From positions 1,696,001 to 1,760,000 of the forward strand of contig OZ244065.1 of NCBI GenBank assembly GCA_965215505.1: a stretch of 64,000 nucleotides of DNA. The letters are read 5' to 3'. Shown here one piece after another: positions 17,103-27,351 of this stretch. Source of the stretch: Capsulimonadaceae bacterium. Its GTDB lineage: Bacteria > Armatimonadota > Armatimonadia > Armatimonadales > Capsulimonadaceae. A program made the position numbers and the translations under genes. The notes below the pieces were generated by a model. It ran no database searches and was not told where the DNA came from. It worked only from the letters and a program-made list of their open reading frames with translations. How positions within the stretch are numbered: position 1 is the first letter of the stretch; each line of letters starts with the position of its first letter.

Positions 17103-19634
17103 ATGTACGCCGACATCATCGTCCAGATTGACGTGGCCGGGCTGCCGCAGCCGCTCACCTATGCAGTCCCCCCCGCCCTGCCGCTCACCGTCGGTTCAGC
17201 CGTCGTGGTCCCGTTCGGGGCGCAGGCGGCGGTCGGCTACGTCGTCGGGCTGAAGGACGAGTGTCCGCCGGAGATGGCGGCGAAGATCAAGCCGGTCGCC
17301 GCGCGGATCGAGAACGCGCCGGGCTTCGACGCGCCAATGCTGGCCTTGGCGCAGTGGGTAGCGGAGCAGACCCTGTGCGACCTGCGGGACGCCCTGCGGC
17401 TGATCGTGCCGGATGTGATGTCGTCGCAGATCAAGACGACCCTGACATTGGCCGAGGACTGGGAAGAGCGGCTTGCCGGGTCGCGCGCCCCCTCGCAGAA
17501 AGATCTGGCGTCAGCCCTGGCTGCGCTGGGCGGGTCGGCGGAGCCGGCCAAGCTGGCGAAAGCCTTGGGGCAGGCGAAGCCCGGCCCTGCCCTGGCCGAA
17601 TTGCGGAAGAAGGGCATCATCACCGAAGAGCGGTCGGTTAAATTGCCACCGGCCCGGCGGAAGATGGTGCGCCTGCTGCGCCTGGCCGTCACTGCGGACG
17701 TGGCCGGGGAAGAAGCCGCCCGGCTGGAGCGGGCGGGCGCGGCGCGTCAGGCGCGGCTGCTGCGTGCTCTGGTGACGGCGGAGGAGGAAGGCCGGGCCTC
17801 GAAGATGCCGTCCTCGGGGCTGGCCGTGGGCGCGAGCGCCGGGGCGGCGGCGAAGGCTCTGGCGGAGAAGGGGCTGGCACGGTATGCCGAGGTGCCGAGC
17901 CGGCGGGACCCGTTCCAGTTCTTCGGCTTCGTCGCGGGGGACGCGCCGCCGCTGACCGACGCCCAGGCGCGGGCGACGAGCGAAATCGGGCATCATCTCC
18001 AGGCGCGGGACGGGCGGACTTTGCTGCTGCACGGAGTCACCGGGTCGGGCAAGACGGAGGTCTACCTGGATGCCGTCGCCCGGACGCTGGCGCTGGGGCG
18101 GAACGCTTTGATCCTGCTGCCGGAGATCGGACTGACGGCGCAGGTGCTGGACCTGTTCAAAGCGCGCTTCGGGGCGGACGAAGTGGCCGTGCTGCACTCG
18201 GCCCTGTCGCTGGGCGAGCGGCACGACGAGTGGCGGCGGATACAGTCGGGCGAGGCGCGCGTCGTCGTCGGGGCACGGTCCGCTGTCTTCGCGCCGGTGC
18301 CCAATCTGGGGCTGATGGTGCTGGACGAGGAGCACGACGGCTCCTACAAGCAGGACTCGAACCCGCGCTACCATGCGCGTGACGCCGCCCGGTTCCGGGC
18401 CGCCCAGACGGGCGCGACGGTGATCCTGGGCAGCGCGACGCCTTCTCTGGAGAGCTTCTACCTGGCACAAGCGGGCGAGTACGGGCTGATCTCGCTGGCC
18501 GAACGCATTGACAGCCGCCCCCTGCCGCCGGTCGCCGTGGTGGACTTGCGCGAAGAGATGAAGGCGGTCCCCGTGCCGGTCATCAAGACGGCGGATAAGA
18601 CGGCGGCGGGGAAGCAGGAGCGCCCCGAGCCGCCGCCCCGATCCGTCTTCGGCGCGGACCTTGCCGCCGCTTTGGGCTGCTGCCTGGTGCGGCGCGAGCA
18701 GGCGATCTTGTTCCTCAACCGGCGCGGGTTCGCCTCGTTCCTGCTCTGCCGGGACTGCGGGTTCACGTTCCACTGCCCGAACTGCGACGTCTCGCTGACC
18801 TATCACCACGCGGGCCGCTTTCTCCAGTGTCACCACTGCGACTTCCGGCGGCGCGTCCCGGACGTCTGCCCGACGTGCGGGGGGCTGCGCCTGCGGCCGT
18901 TCGGGGTCGGGACGGAGAAGGTGGAGGACGCTGTCCGCCGCCTGCTCCCCGCGGCGCGGACCCTGCGGATGGACCGGGATACGATGTCGCGCAAGGGCGC
19001 ACACGCCGAAACGCTGCGGGCCTTCAAGCGCGGCGAGGCGGACATCCTGATCGGGACGCAGATGGTCGCCAAGGGCCTGGACTTCCCCAACGTCACCCTG
19101 GTCGGGGTCGTCAGCGCCGACACGGCCTTGAACATCCCGGACTTCCGCGCCCCGGAGCGGGCCTTCCAGCTTCTGACCCAGGTGGCGGGGCGGGCGGGGC
19201 GCGGCAAGGTGCCGGGGCAGGTGATCGTGCAGACGTTCTCGCCCGACCACGAGAGCGTGCTGTTCGCGGCCCGGCACGATTATTTGGGCTTCTACGCGCA
19301 GGCCATTGGGGAGCGGCAGGAGCTTGGGTATCCGCCCTTCGCGCACATGGCGAATTTGGTCTTCACGGACGAGGCCGAGGACGAGGCGCGCAAGCGCGGC
19401 TACCGGATGGCGAACGTCCTGCGGGCGCACATCGGCGCGGACGCGGGCGTCAAGCTGCTCGGCCCGGTCGCCTGCCCCCTGTCGCGCCTGCGCGGGCGGT
19501 ATCGCTGGCATCTCGCCCTGCGCGCGCCCGCCAAAGAAACCCTCCTGGGACTCCTTCGGACCGCCCTGGCGGAGATGACGGCGGCGGAGCGGCAGGGCCT
19601 GTCTCTGGACATGGACCCGCTTTCGATGCTCTGA
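17103..19634 (+). CDS. priA: Primosomal protein N'
   Basis: LLHGVTGSGKTEVY, DEEHD, GSATPS, LNRRGF, four CxxC, GTQMVAKGLDFP, QVAGRAGR. Confidence 0.97.
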   Translation: MYADIIVQIDVAGLPQPLTYAVPPALPLTVGSAVVVPFGAQAAVGYVVGLKDECPPEMAAKIKPVAARIENAPGFDAPMLALAQWVAEQTLCDLRDALRLIVPDVMSSQIKTTLTLAEDWEERLAGSRAPSQKDLASALAALGGSAEPAKLAKALGQAKPGPALAELRKKGIITEERSVKLPPARRKMVRLLRLAVTADVAGEEAARLERAGAARQARLLRALVTAEEEGRASKMPSSGLAVGASAGAAAKALAEKGLARYAEVPSRRDPFQFFGFVAGDAPPLTDAQARATSEIGHHLQARDGRTLLLHGVTGSGKTEVYLDAVARTLALGRNALILLPEIGLTAQVLDLFKARFGADEVAVLHSALSLGERHDEWRRIQSGEARVVVGARSAVFAPVPNLGLMVLDEEHDGSYKQDSNPRYHARDAARFRAAQTGATVILGSATPSLESFYLAQAGEYGLISLAERIDSRPLPPVAVVDLREEMKAVPVPVIKTADKTAAGKQERPEPPPRSVFGADLAAALGCCLVRREQAILFLNRRGFASFLLCRDCGFTFHCPNCDVSLTYHHAGRFLQCHHCDFRRRVPDVCPTCGGLRLRPFGVGTEKVEDAVRRLLPAARTLRMDRDTMSRKGAHAETLRAFKRGEADILIGTQMVAKGLDFPNVTLVGVVSADTALNIPDFRAPERAFQLLTQVAGRAGRGKVPGQVIVQTFSPDHESVLFAARHDYLGFYAQAIGERQELGYPPFAHMANLVFTDEAEDEARKRGYRMANVLRAHIGADAGVKLLGPVACPLSRLRGRYRWHLALRAPAKETLLGLLRTALAEMTAAERQGLSLDMDPLSML

Positions 19635-19671
19635 CTCGCTGCGCTTTTGTGCTATAATAACCGGCAATGAC

Positions 19672-19700
19672 GGACGGGGGAGAAATGGACGGGGGAGAAA
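19672..19700. repeat. 15-bp tandem duplication of the def ribosome-binding region
   Basis: GGACGGGGGAGAAA(T) x2. Confidence 0.85.
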
Positions 19701-19705
19701 ACGCG

Positions 19706-20266
19706 ATGGCGAGAGCCGCGGCCAGGCTGACCGATCTGATCCGCAAAGACGATCCGATCGTCAAGTACGACGAGGCGGAGGGGGTCCACCTCCTGCGCCA
19801 GAGGTCCAAGCCTGTTTTGAGCGTCAACGAGGACGTGGTGGAGCTGGTGGCGCACATGGAGCGCATCATGCGGGCGGCGAACGGGGTCGGTCTGGCCGCG
19901 CCGCAGCTCGGCATCCTGCAACGCATCTTCGTTTACGATGCAGGCGATGGCTTCCAAGCGATCGTCAACCCGAAGATTCTGGGGCGCAAGGGGGAGCAGG
20001 TGGGCGTGGAAGGCTGCCTCTCCATCCCCGGCTTGCAGGGGGACGTGATTCGGGCCAACGAGGTCGTCGTCAAGGGCACGGACCAGTTCGGCAAGCCCGT
20101 CCGAATCCGCAGCGACGGCCTGGCCGCCCGAGTCATCCAGCACGAGAACGACCACCTCGACGGCATCCTCTTCATCGACCGTAACCCGACGGACCTGCAC
20201 TGGGTCACGGCGGAGGAAGAGGAAGAAGAGGAAGCCGACGGCACGGCGGGACAGACGCGGGAATAG
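19706..20266 (+). CDS. def: Peptide deformylase
   Basis: GVGLAAPQ, EGCLS, QHENDHLDG; acidic tail. Confidence 0.96.
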   Translation: MARAAARLTDLIRKDDPIVKYDEAEGVHLLRQRSKPVLSVNEDVVELVAHMERIMRAANGVGLAAPQLGILQRIFVYDAGDGFQAIVNPKILGRKGEQVGVEGCLSIPGLQGDVIRANEVVVKGTDQFGKPVRIRSDGLAARVIQHENDHLDGILFIDRNPTDLHWVTAEEEEEEEADGTAGQTRE

Positions 20267-20277
20267 ATTGGCATAAG

Positions 20278-21207
20278 ATGCGCCTCTTGTTCATGGGAAC
20301 GTCACCGTTCGCCGTCCCCACGCTCCACCGCCTGGACGCCTCGCCGGGCCATGACGTGCTTGCCGTCGTGACGCAGCCGGACCGGCCCTCGGGGCGCGGC
20401 GGCAAAATGTCCATGTCGCCCGTCAAGGAAGCCGCCCAAGCGGCGGGGCTTGTGCTGCTTCAGCCGGAGAAGGTGCGCGCCAAAGATTTCGCCCAGACCG
20501 TCCGGGAGATGGCACCCGAGATCATCGTCGTGGCCGCCTTCGGCCAGATCATCCCGCAGCGCGTCCTCGACATCCCCCCGATGGGCTGCATCAACGTCCA
20601 CGGCTCCCTGCTCCCGCGCTGGCGCGGCGCGGCCCCCATGCAGTACGCGCTCATGGCGGGGGACGCCGAGACGGGCGTGACCACCATGATGATGGACGCC
20701 GGGCTGGACACGGGCGACATCCTCCTGCAAGCGGGGATGCCGTTGGGCGATGTCGAAAGCCTGGCCGTTCTTGAGTCGCGACTGGCCGAGATCGGGGCGG
20801 ACCTGCTGATGGAGACGCTGGACGCCCTGGCGCGCGGCGACTGCCCGCGCACCCCACAGGATGCGGCTTTCGTAACGCTCTCCCCCTCCCTGCCGCCGGA
20901 CATCGGCTTGCTGGATTGGGACCGGCCCGCCGCCGACCTGCACAACCTGGTGCGGGGCGTCACGCCCAAGCCGGGCGCTTACACGATCTGGCAGGGCAAG
21001 CGCCTGAAGGTCTGGCGCACACGGGTCGCGGAAGCGGTCGGCGGGGTGCCGGGGACGGTTGAGAGTGTAGGGATCGGGGGTATAACTATTCATACAAGCA
21101 AGGGGGCTTTACGCCTGCTCGAAGTGCAGCCGGAGAGCAAAGGCCGCATGACGGCGGACGCCTGGGCACGCGGCGCGCGCGTCACGGCCGGTCAGAAAAT
21201 AGAGTAA
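20278..21207 (+). CDS. fmt: Methionyl-tRNA formyltransferase
   Basis: FMGTS.FA, TQPDRP.GRG, INVHGSLLPRWRGAAP, GLDTGD. Confidence 0.97.
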   Translation: MRLLFMGTSPFAVPTLHRLDASPGHDVLAVVTQPDRPSGRGGKMSMSPVKEAAQAAGLVLLQPEKVRAKDFAQTVREMAPEIIVVAAFGQIIPQRVLDIPPMGCINVHGSLLPRWRGAAPMQYALMAGDAETGVTTMMMDAGLDTGDILLQAGMPLGDVESLAVLESRLAEIGADLLMETLDALARGDCPRTPQDAAFVTLSPSLPPDIGLLDWDRPAADLHNLVRGVTPKPGAYTIWQGKRLKVWRTRVAEAVGGVPGTVESVGIGGITIHTSKGALRLLEVQPESKGRMTADAWARGARVTAGQKIE

Positions 21208-21217
21208 GGAGCCGGAG

Positions 21218-21568
21218 ATGGGATTGCAGGAGGAGCGGCTGGAACGGGGCATCGCGTATAAGCTTGAAGGCCGCTATGACGAGGCCGTGGCCGACTTCCG
21301 CCACCTGCTGACGGAGAACGGCGACCACGCCGAAGCTCACCATCAGCTCGGCCTCGTCCTCGGCTTCATCGGCGACTTTGAAACGTCGCTGGCGGAACTG
21401 GAACACGCCACACGGCTCGACCCCAGCAACACGCTCTCCCGGAATGACCTTGCGCTGACCTATACGATGCTCGGCATGTACGACGAGGCGAAGGCCGAAT
21501 TCGCCCGTGTTCTTGCCCAGGACCAGGGCAATGACGTGGCCCGGCGCAACCTCACCTACCTGCTGTGA
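21218..21568 (+). CDS. TPR-repeat protein
   Basis: Three TPR-like helical repeats. Confidence 0.85.
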   Translation: MGLQEERLERGIAYKLEGRYDEAVADFRHLLTENGDHAEAHHQLGLVLGFIGDFETSLAELEHATRLDPSNTLSRNDLALTYTMLGMYDEAKAEFARVLAQDQGNDVARRNLTYLL

Positions 21569-23901
21569 TGCGAAGGCTGATCGGCCTCCTCCCCTTCCTT
21601 GCGCTCCTTGTGCCGCCCTGCCTGCTGCTGTGGCCCGTCGTGGTCCACGGGGAGGCGTTCCTCCCCGCCGACATGTTGCGCGACATCGCCCCGTGGCGCA
21701 CCGCCGATCCCGCCTCGCTCGTCCCGTGGAACCCCTTGATGTGGGACGGCGTGGCCGAATTCTATCCTTGGCGGCTGTTCGCCGCGCAGACGCTCCGCTC
21801 AGGCTATTTGCCGCTGTGGAACCCGCACCAGTTCTGCGGCACCCCGTTCGTCGCAAACTCACAGTCGGCGGTCTTTTACCCACTCAACCTTCTGTTCTGC
21901 CTCCTGCCTGTCGCGCGGGCCTTCGGCGTTAGTGTCCTGCTGCACCTGTTCCTCACCGGCGTCTTTTCCTACCTTTTCCTGCGTTCGCCCGCCCTGGGGC
22001 TGGGCCGGGCGGCTTCGCTCGTGGGTGCGGTCGCCTGGCAGACGTGCCACTGGCAGGTGGCCTGGCTGGCCCTGCCGACGTTCCTGTGCGTCTCCGCCTG
22101 GCTGCCGCTTGCCCTGCTGCTGGTAGACAAGGCTGCCGAGCGGCCCTCGATGACGCGCGCCGTGCCGCTGGGCCTGTGCCTCGGGCTGATGCTGCTGGCG
22201 GGCCACCTCCAGATCGCGCTTTACTGCTTCGGGTTGGTCGCGGCCTATGCCGTGTTCCGCCTCCTGCCGCGCGTTAAAGCTCACTGGCCGGCTTTGCTCG
22301 GCTGTGCCACGCTGGCGCTCGCCCTGGCCTTCGGGCTGGCCGCCCCGCAGCTACTCCCCGCCTTCGAGTTGGCGCGCGTCTCGCACCGGGCAGGCGGGTC
22401 GCCGACCTGGGCCGCGTATCAGGGCTATGTGCGCCTGGCCGTGCCACCCGCTAATCTGGTGACGCTGTTCCTGCCGGGCTTCTTCGGCAGCCCGACGCGG
22501 GGAACCTACTGGGGGATCGGCCTGAACGGCGGGCCGGGCGCGTACATGGAAAACGCCTGCTACGGCGGCGTCCTCGCCCTGCTGTTCGCACTGACCGGGC
22601 TGGCGGCGACGTGGCGCAGGAGCGCGGCGACCCGGTTCTTCGCCCTCTCCGCCGCTGTCTCTCTGCTGCTGGCCCTAGGGACGCCGCTGAACGCACTGCC
22701 CTTCTTCGGCCTACCGGGCTTTGCCCAGACCGGCTCGCCGGGCCGCATCCTGGTCCTGTGGTCGTTCTGCGTGTCCGTCCTGGCGGCAGTAGGGACGCAG
22801 GCCGCGTTGCAAAAACAGTGGCGGGCGTTAGGCTGGGGCGCGGGCGCGTTCGTTGCCGTCTTCCTGCTGGCTCTGGGCTATGCCGCCCTCTGGGTGGGCA
22901 ATAACTATCGGGAGTTCCCGCTCGGTGCCATACTCGGGACTGATGCCGACCTGTGGCGGCTCCCGCTGGGCCTCTTGTTCGGCGCAGCGGCGGCCCTATG
23001 GCTGTGGCATCGCGGCAGTATCAGGACGCCGGTTCTGGGGACCGCTTTAGCCGTCCTAGTCGTGGCAGACCTGTTGGCGGCTGGCTACGGCTTCAACCGG
23101 ACGACGGCACCCCAGAACGTGTACCCCATAACACCGCTGATCGCCTTTTTGCAGGCGCACAAGGCGGAAGGCCGGATCATGCCGGTCAACCGCCGCTGGA
23201 GCTTTGACCCGTTTAAGCCGCCGCCCGCCATACTGCCGCCCAACGCGGCGACTGTCTACGGGCTGGACGACGTACAGGGCTACGACTCACTGCTGACCGG
23301 CCAGTATTTCCAGTTCGCGATTGCCATGGACGGTGGTTCCCCTGCCCCGCCGGAGAACGGGAACATGGTATTCACCTACGGGATGGGTTCGTGGGAGGCG
23401 CGGGAGGCGGGGGCACGTTTCGTGGTGACGCGGGAGCCACTGCCGGGGGCAGCCCCGGTGTTCCAGGATGGTGGGGGTTACGTCTACGAGGATAAAAAGG
23501 CGCTGCCGCGAACGCGACTTGCTGGGGAGAAATTGAGTGCCGAAGGCATCGGCTTTGTGTCATTGCCACAGCCACCAACACGCTGGAGTCTGCTGGCAGG
23601 GACAGAAAGCCTGTCACCGCCCCGGACAGTGGTAGTAGCCGACCAATGGTATCCCGGCTGGCGTGCCTACTTCGGTGGGCAACAGGCGGCTCTGGAGCGG
23701 GGGCCGGACATCTTCCGCACTGTCACACTCACGCCGAAACAACTCATACACAGCGCAACCAACAACCCGATAGAGATGCACTACGAGCCGGAGGCGTTCC
23801 AGGTCGGCCTCTATGCGCTCTGCCTGGCGCTGGGGGGGGCGGCGGCCGTCACGGCCGCCGCGTTCACGCGCAGACTAAACCGCCGTCGCCGCCGCGCTTG
23901 A
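21568..23901 (+). CDS. YfhO-family polytopic membrane protein (GT-C-like)
   Basis: LPLWNPH.FCG.PF, FYPLN, LAGHLQ, APQLLP, VQGYDS, WYPGWRA. Confidence 0.85.
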   Translation: MRRLIGLLPFLALLVPPCLLLWPVVVHGEAFLPADMLRDIAPWRTADPASLVPWNPLMWDGVAEFYPWRLFAAQTLRSGYLPLWNPHQFCGTPFVANSQSAVFYPLNLLFCLLPVARAFGVSVLLHLFLTGVFSYLFLRSPALGLGRAASLVGAVAWQTCHWQVAWLALPTFLCVSAWLPLALLLVDKAAERPSMTRAVPLGLCLGLMLLAGHLQIALYCFGLVAAYAVFRLLPRVKAHWPALLGCATLALALAFGLAAPQLLPAFELARVSHRAGGSPTWAAYQGYVRLAVPPANLVTLFLPGFFGSPTRGTYWGIGLNGGPGAYMENACYGGVLALLFALTGLAATWRRSAATRFFALSAAVSLLLALGTPLNALPFFGLPGFAQTGSPGRILVLWSFCVSVLAAVGTQAALQKQWRALGWGAGAFVAVFLLALGYAALWVGNNYREFPLGAILGTDADLWRLPLGLLFGAAAALWLWHRGSIRTPVLGTALAVLVVADLLAAGYGFNRTTAPQNVYPITPLIAFLQAHKAEGRIMPVNRRWSFDPFKPPPAILPPNAATVYGLDDVQGYDSLLTGQYFQFAIAMDGGSPAPPENGNMVFTYGMGSWEAREAGARFVVTREPLPGAAPVFQDGGGYVYEDKKALPRTRLAGEKLSAEGIGFVSLPQPPTRWSLLAGTESLSPPRTVVVADQWYPGWRAYFGGQQAALERGPDIFRTVTLTPKQLIHSATNNPIEMHYEPEAFQVGLYALCLALGGAAAVTAAAFTRRLNRRRRRA

Positions 23902-24258
23902 CGGAGCAGCCTTTGCCGCCGCGAGGGCTTCCTCTTCCGTCGCATAAACGCCGAAGATTGTGTTCAGGCGGGTAATCTGGAGCATCCTCTGGATGGAGTC
24001 GTTGCACCCACTTAGGTACAAAGCACCGTCGAGGGGTCGCAGGCGCTTGGTGGCGGAAAGCAGGGTGCCGAAGCCGCTGCTGTCCATATACGTCACCTGT
24101 GTCATGTTGATGATGATGGCGGGCTTGTTCTCGTCAATGGCGGCGCTGACCGCCTCTTTGAACTGCGGGGTGGTGTAAATGTCTATCTCGCCGACCACGT
24201 CCAAAACGGGGATGCCGTCGAGATGACGCAGGCTGGTTTCTATTCGCATGGTCTCCAT
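23875..24258 (-). CDS. STAS-domain anti-sigma factor antagonist (RsbV/SpoIIAA-like)
   Basis: GEIDIYTTPQFK, VTYMDSSGFG phosphoacceptor motif. Confidence 0.92.
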   Translation of the reverse strand: METMRIETSLRHLDGIPVLDVVGEIDIYTTPQFKEAVSAAIDENKPAIIINMTQVTYMDSSGFGTLLSATKRLRPLDGALYLSGCNDSIQRMLQITRLNTIFGVYATEEEALAAAKAAPSSAAATAV

Positions 24259-24308
24259 GAATGGGTCTTCTCCTGAGAAACGGTGAAAAGGGTGAGGCTT
24301 AGGCGTAT

Positions 24309-24333
24309 TTACCCAATGTGGCGAAAAATAAAC
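24309..24333 (-). promoter_or_regulatory. sigmaB/SigF-like promoter candidate for the STAS gene
   Basis: Minus strand GTTT-N15-GGGTAA. Confidence 0.5.
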
Positions 24334-25091
24334 GGGGCGAGCAGGATGAGGTCGAGGGTCAGCGAGATCGCCCAGTGCGCGAGGAAGCCGTACACGAAGG
24401 ACCGGGTGCGGAGGGCGAGGACGCCGAGGATGATGCCGCCCGGCAGGGCGCTGAGAACTTCGACCGGCGGCTTCGAGGCACCGGGGACGTAGGACCAGTG
24501 CAGCAGGGCGAACAGCAAGGCCTGGATGATGACCGCGCCCCCCGCCCCCACCCTGCTCTTTTGCAGGCCGAACAGCAGGAAGCCTCGGAAGAAGAACTCC
24601 CAGCAGAACATGTAGAAGCCCATCGCCAGCTCATAGTAGAGCAGTGCTCTGAGGTTAACGCGCTGGCTGAAGAAGACCGGCCCGGTCCCCGACAGGTAGC
24701 GGCTGAGGCGGCCGTAGAGGTACTGCTGCTGGAACTGCGCGTGGAAGGAGGGGATACTGACGGCGACGGCCAGCAGCAGCACCATGACGACCCAGGCAAT
24801 CAGGGTCCACTTCAGGCCGAGCCGCCGGTCGCCGCGCGTCAGGCCGAATTGGCTCGGCTCGGACTTCAGCACCAGAATGATAGTGACGAGGGGCAGCCAG
24901 AGACACAGGCCGGTGTTGATGAACCAGTAGGCTTCGGGGGACTTGTCATCGGGATTGGTGAAGAACAGGTAGGCGGCGATGAGCAGGCCGACCAGGAAGG
25001 TGACCAGCCCGATCGCCCCATCCCCCGCCCGCCCGCCGGACTTCTCGCTCTTGTCGCCGTCCCCGCGCGGTGTTCGTGTTTTCGTCGCCAT
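24309..25091 (-). CDS. CPBP (Abi/CAAX-type) intramembrane metalloprotease
   Basis: WEFFFRGFL, LFALLH, RTRS....FLAH. Confidence 0.85.
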   Translation of the reverse strand: MATKTRTPRGDGDKSEKSGGRAGDGAIGLVTFLVGLLIAAYLFFTNPDDKSPEAYWFINTGLCLWLPLVTIILVLKSEPSQFGLTRGDRRLGLKWTLIAWVVMVLLLAVAVSIPSFHAQFQQQYLYGRLSRYLSGTGPVFFSQRVNLRALLYYELAMGFYMFCWEFFFRGFLLFGLQKSRVGAGGAVIIQALLFALLHWSYVPGASKPPVEVLSALPGGIILGVLALRTRSFVYGFLAHWAISLTLDLILLAPFIFRHIG

Positions 25092-25139
25092 ACGCGGCTT
25101 AAGTTCGGCACAAAGGCTCAAGTCCCCTGCCCTGGTTTC

Positions 25140-25646
25140 TCATGGCTTATGAGGAACCGTCCGGAGGACCTTCCTGATTGGCAGGTACAGCCGCATCGGG
25201 TCATCCACGGTTGTAGCAAATCCATATTTCCGGTAGAAACTGCACGCCAGTTCATTCAGGGCGTCCACCACAACCGCGTAGATGCCGAGGTGCTGCGCCA
25301 GTTGTGTGGAACGTCTCAGCGCGTCCTGGAGTAGCAGTTCACCGAAACCGCGTCCTTGCGCTTGCCGGTCCACCGCAAGCCTCCCCATCAAGACGATTGG
25401 GATGGGATACCGAGGCAGCCGCTTCTCCGGAAGTTCCTCGCGCGCTACGGAACCGCTGGAGATCGTGTAGTAACCCTCGATATGCGCTTGACCGGAAACC
25501 ACCAGGACGTATGTTCGGCCAAGGAAGAGTTCGGCGCTCTGGCGGGCGAACCGTTAAAGATATTCGTTCAGACTCGGCTCGCCGCAATCGAAAGGAACCC
25601 GATCATGCTTCTCCGTCAGCAGTTCGATGGTGAGGTCGTCGCTCAT
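25140..25646 (-). pseudogene. GNAT acetyltransferase toxin (AtaT/TacT-like) with an in-frame TAA at codon 31
   Basis: HDRVPFDCGEPSLNEYL*RFARQ...GYYT...GRLAVD..QGRG.G..LL.DA...VVDA....FY.KYGF; TAA at 25554-25556. Confidence 0.88.
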
Positions 25647-25945
25647 CGCGACGGCTCACGCCCGCCGAATCGTTGCTGATATCGCTCCGCCGCCCGCTTC
25701 AGCGCGTCGTTTGGCTCTTCGTTAGCATCAATGGCTTCAAGGAAGGCATCGAAGTCGCGGTTCGAGAACGTGAGCGTCTGGTGCTTGTCTAGAACTTCCT
25801 GCGCGGACCGGACAAGGGAAGAGACGGCGAACTCGCTCAGGCTTTTGCCCGTGACGTGGGCCGCTTGCATAATCGCCTCTTTGGCTTCCGGGTCCAGCCG
25901 GAAATCAAGCCGCGTCTTCGGCTTCTTCTTTTGCAGCGTCGGCAT
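25643..25945 (-). CDS. DUF1778 RHH antitoxin (AtaR/TacA-like)
   Basis: RLDFRL...K..I..AA...G.SLSEF, LTFS.RDF..F, PNDALKRA. Confidence 0.9.
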   Translation of the reverse strand: MPTLQKKKPKTRLDFRLDPEAKEAIMQAAHVTGKSLSEFAVSSLVRSAQEVLDKHQTLTFSNRDFDAFLEAIDANEEPNDALKRAAERYQQRFGGREPSR

Positions 25946-25973
25946 CTGTTTCCTCCTGCGGTATTGTACCACT

Positions 25974-25994
25974 TGTACGGCATTCCTGCGTACA
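25974..25994. promoter_or_regulatory. Probable antitoxin operator
   Basis: TGTACG-N9-CGTACA palindrome upstream of the DUF1778 gene. Confidence 0.6.
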
Positions 25995-26018
25995 GAATTG
26001 ACAATGACTGGTCATGAG

Positions 26019-27350
26019 TCATCGGAGCATTTTAGCCCGCGCCACCTGTGCACCGTCCATGATCGTTGGTGCATCCAGCGTAGGCCAGACGCCGCCGTCG
26101 TACAGGACCTCGCCGTCGCACAGGGTCAAAATTACGTCGTCGGCGCGGGCGGCGTAGATGAGGGCGGCGTAAGGATCGGTGGCGGGAACGGCGTGGGGGC
26201 GATCCAGGCGGACGGCGATCAGGTCGGCCCGCTTGCCCACCGTCAGGGAGCCTGTCTGATGCGCCAGGCCCATCGCCCCGGCACCGCCCAGTGTCGCCAT
26301 GCGGACCACATCGCGGGCGGTCACGACTTCGACCTCCTGACGGACGGCGCGCTGCATCAGCAGGGCGAAGCGCATCTCTTCGAACAAGTCCAGGCTGTTG
26401 TTGGAGACGGCACTGTCCGTACCCAAGCCGAGGCGCAGGCCGGGCGTTTTGAGCCAGGCGGCCAGGGGCGCGACGCCCGCGCCGAGTTTGGCATTGCTCT
26501 TGGGGCAGTGGATGATGGCCGCGCCTGTGGAGGTGAGCAGGGCGATGTCGGTCCGGGTCTGGTGGACGCAGTGGACGGCGAGTGTCCTGGGGCCGAGTGC
26601 GCCCATGTCGGACGCATACTGTGTCGGCGTGGTTTTCGGCGCTTCCCAGGTGATGCCGCGCCGGGCGTACATCTCGGCGAAGGGGCCTTCTCCGCGCTCG
26701 GTCAGGGCGCTCTCCGAGGGTGACTCGGCGATGTGGATGCTTGTCGGCAGTCCTTCCTCGGCGACATAGGCGTTGATCGCCGCGAACAGGGCGCGGCGAA
26801 TGGTGTAGAGGGCGTGCGGCGAGACGCCGACCGAAACGCGGTCCGAGGCGAGCCGCCGGTGCGCCGCGACTTTCGCTCGCAGGCTGTCCAGGATTGGCGC
26901 GATGGCTTCGCGGTCGTCAATGCCGAACAGTTCCTGGTATGCGATGCCGCGCAGGCCGCTTTCGGCCAGTACGCGCATCGTGATTCCGGCGTCCGTGTTG
27001 TCGCCCAGGGTCGTGATGCCCGCCGCGATGCATTCCAAAGCCCCGAGCCTGGCTGACCAGAGCCAGTCGTCGGGTGTCAGGGCGGCTTTGGAAGCCGTGA
27101 GGGCGCGTATCCAGGGGAAAAAGGGGACGTCTTCAAGGAAGCCGCGCAGGGCAGTGTATTCGAGGTGGCTGTGGGCATTGACCAGGCCAGGCATGAGGAC
27201 GGCTTCGCCGAAGTCCCGTCGCTCGTTTGCAGGCGTCTGGCCCGGACGGACGGCGGCGATCAGGCCGTTTTCAACCACCACTTCGCCGTTCTCGATGGGC
27301 GGGGCGTCAACGGGCAGCACCCACCGGGCGGCGTAGACGGCGGTGGCCAC
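26019..27350 (-). CDS. Amidohydrolase family protein (MTA/SAH deaminase-like)
   Basis: PGLVNAHSHL, SPHALYT, HIAES, AVHCV, HCPKSN, LGTDS, ATLGGA, GKRAD. Confidence 0.88.
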   Translation of the reverse strand: MATAVYAARWVLPVDAPPIENGEVVVENGLIAAVRPGQTPANERRDFGEAVLMPGLVNAHSHLEYTALRGFLEDVPFFPWIRALTASKAALTPDDWLWSARLGALECIAAGITTLGDNTDAGITMRVLAESGLRGIAYQELFGIDDREAIAPILDSLRAKVAAHRRLASDRVSVGVSPHALYTIRRALFAAINAYVAEEGLPTSIHIAESPSESALTERGEGPFAEMYARRGITWEAPKTTPTQYASDMGALGPRTLAVHCVHQTRTDIALLTSTGAAIIHCPKSNAKLGAGVAPLAAWLKTPGLRLGLGTDSAVSNNSLDLFEEMRFALLMQRAVRQEVEVVTARDVVRMATLGGAGAMGLAHQTGSLTVGKRADLIAVRLDRPHAVPATDPYAALIYAARADDVILTLCDGEVLYDGGVWPTLDAPTIMDGAQVARAKMLR

Positions 27351-27351
27351 C

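Noticed and set aside
10644..25556. TAA reassignment or programmed read-through explaining the two in-frame stops
   Set aside because: TAA ends many core genes here (ndk, pheS, pheT, fmt), and both cases fit single-base nonsense mutations.
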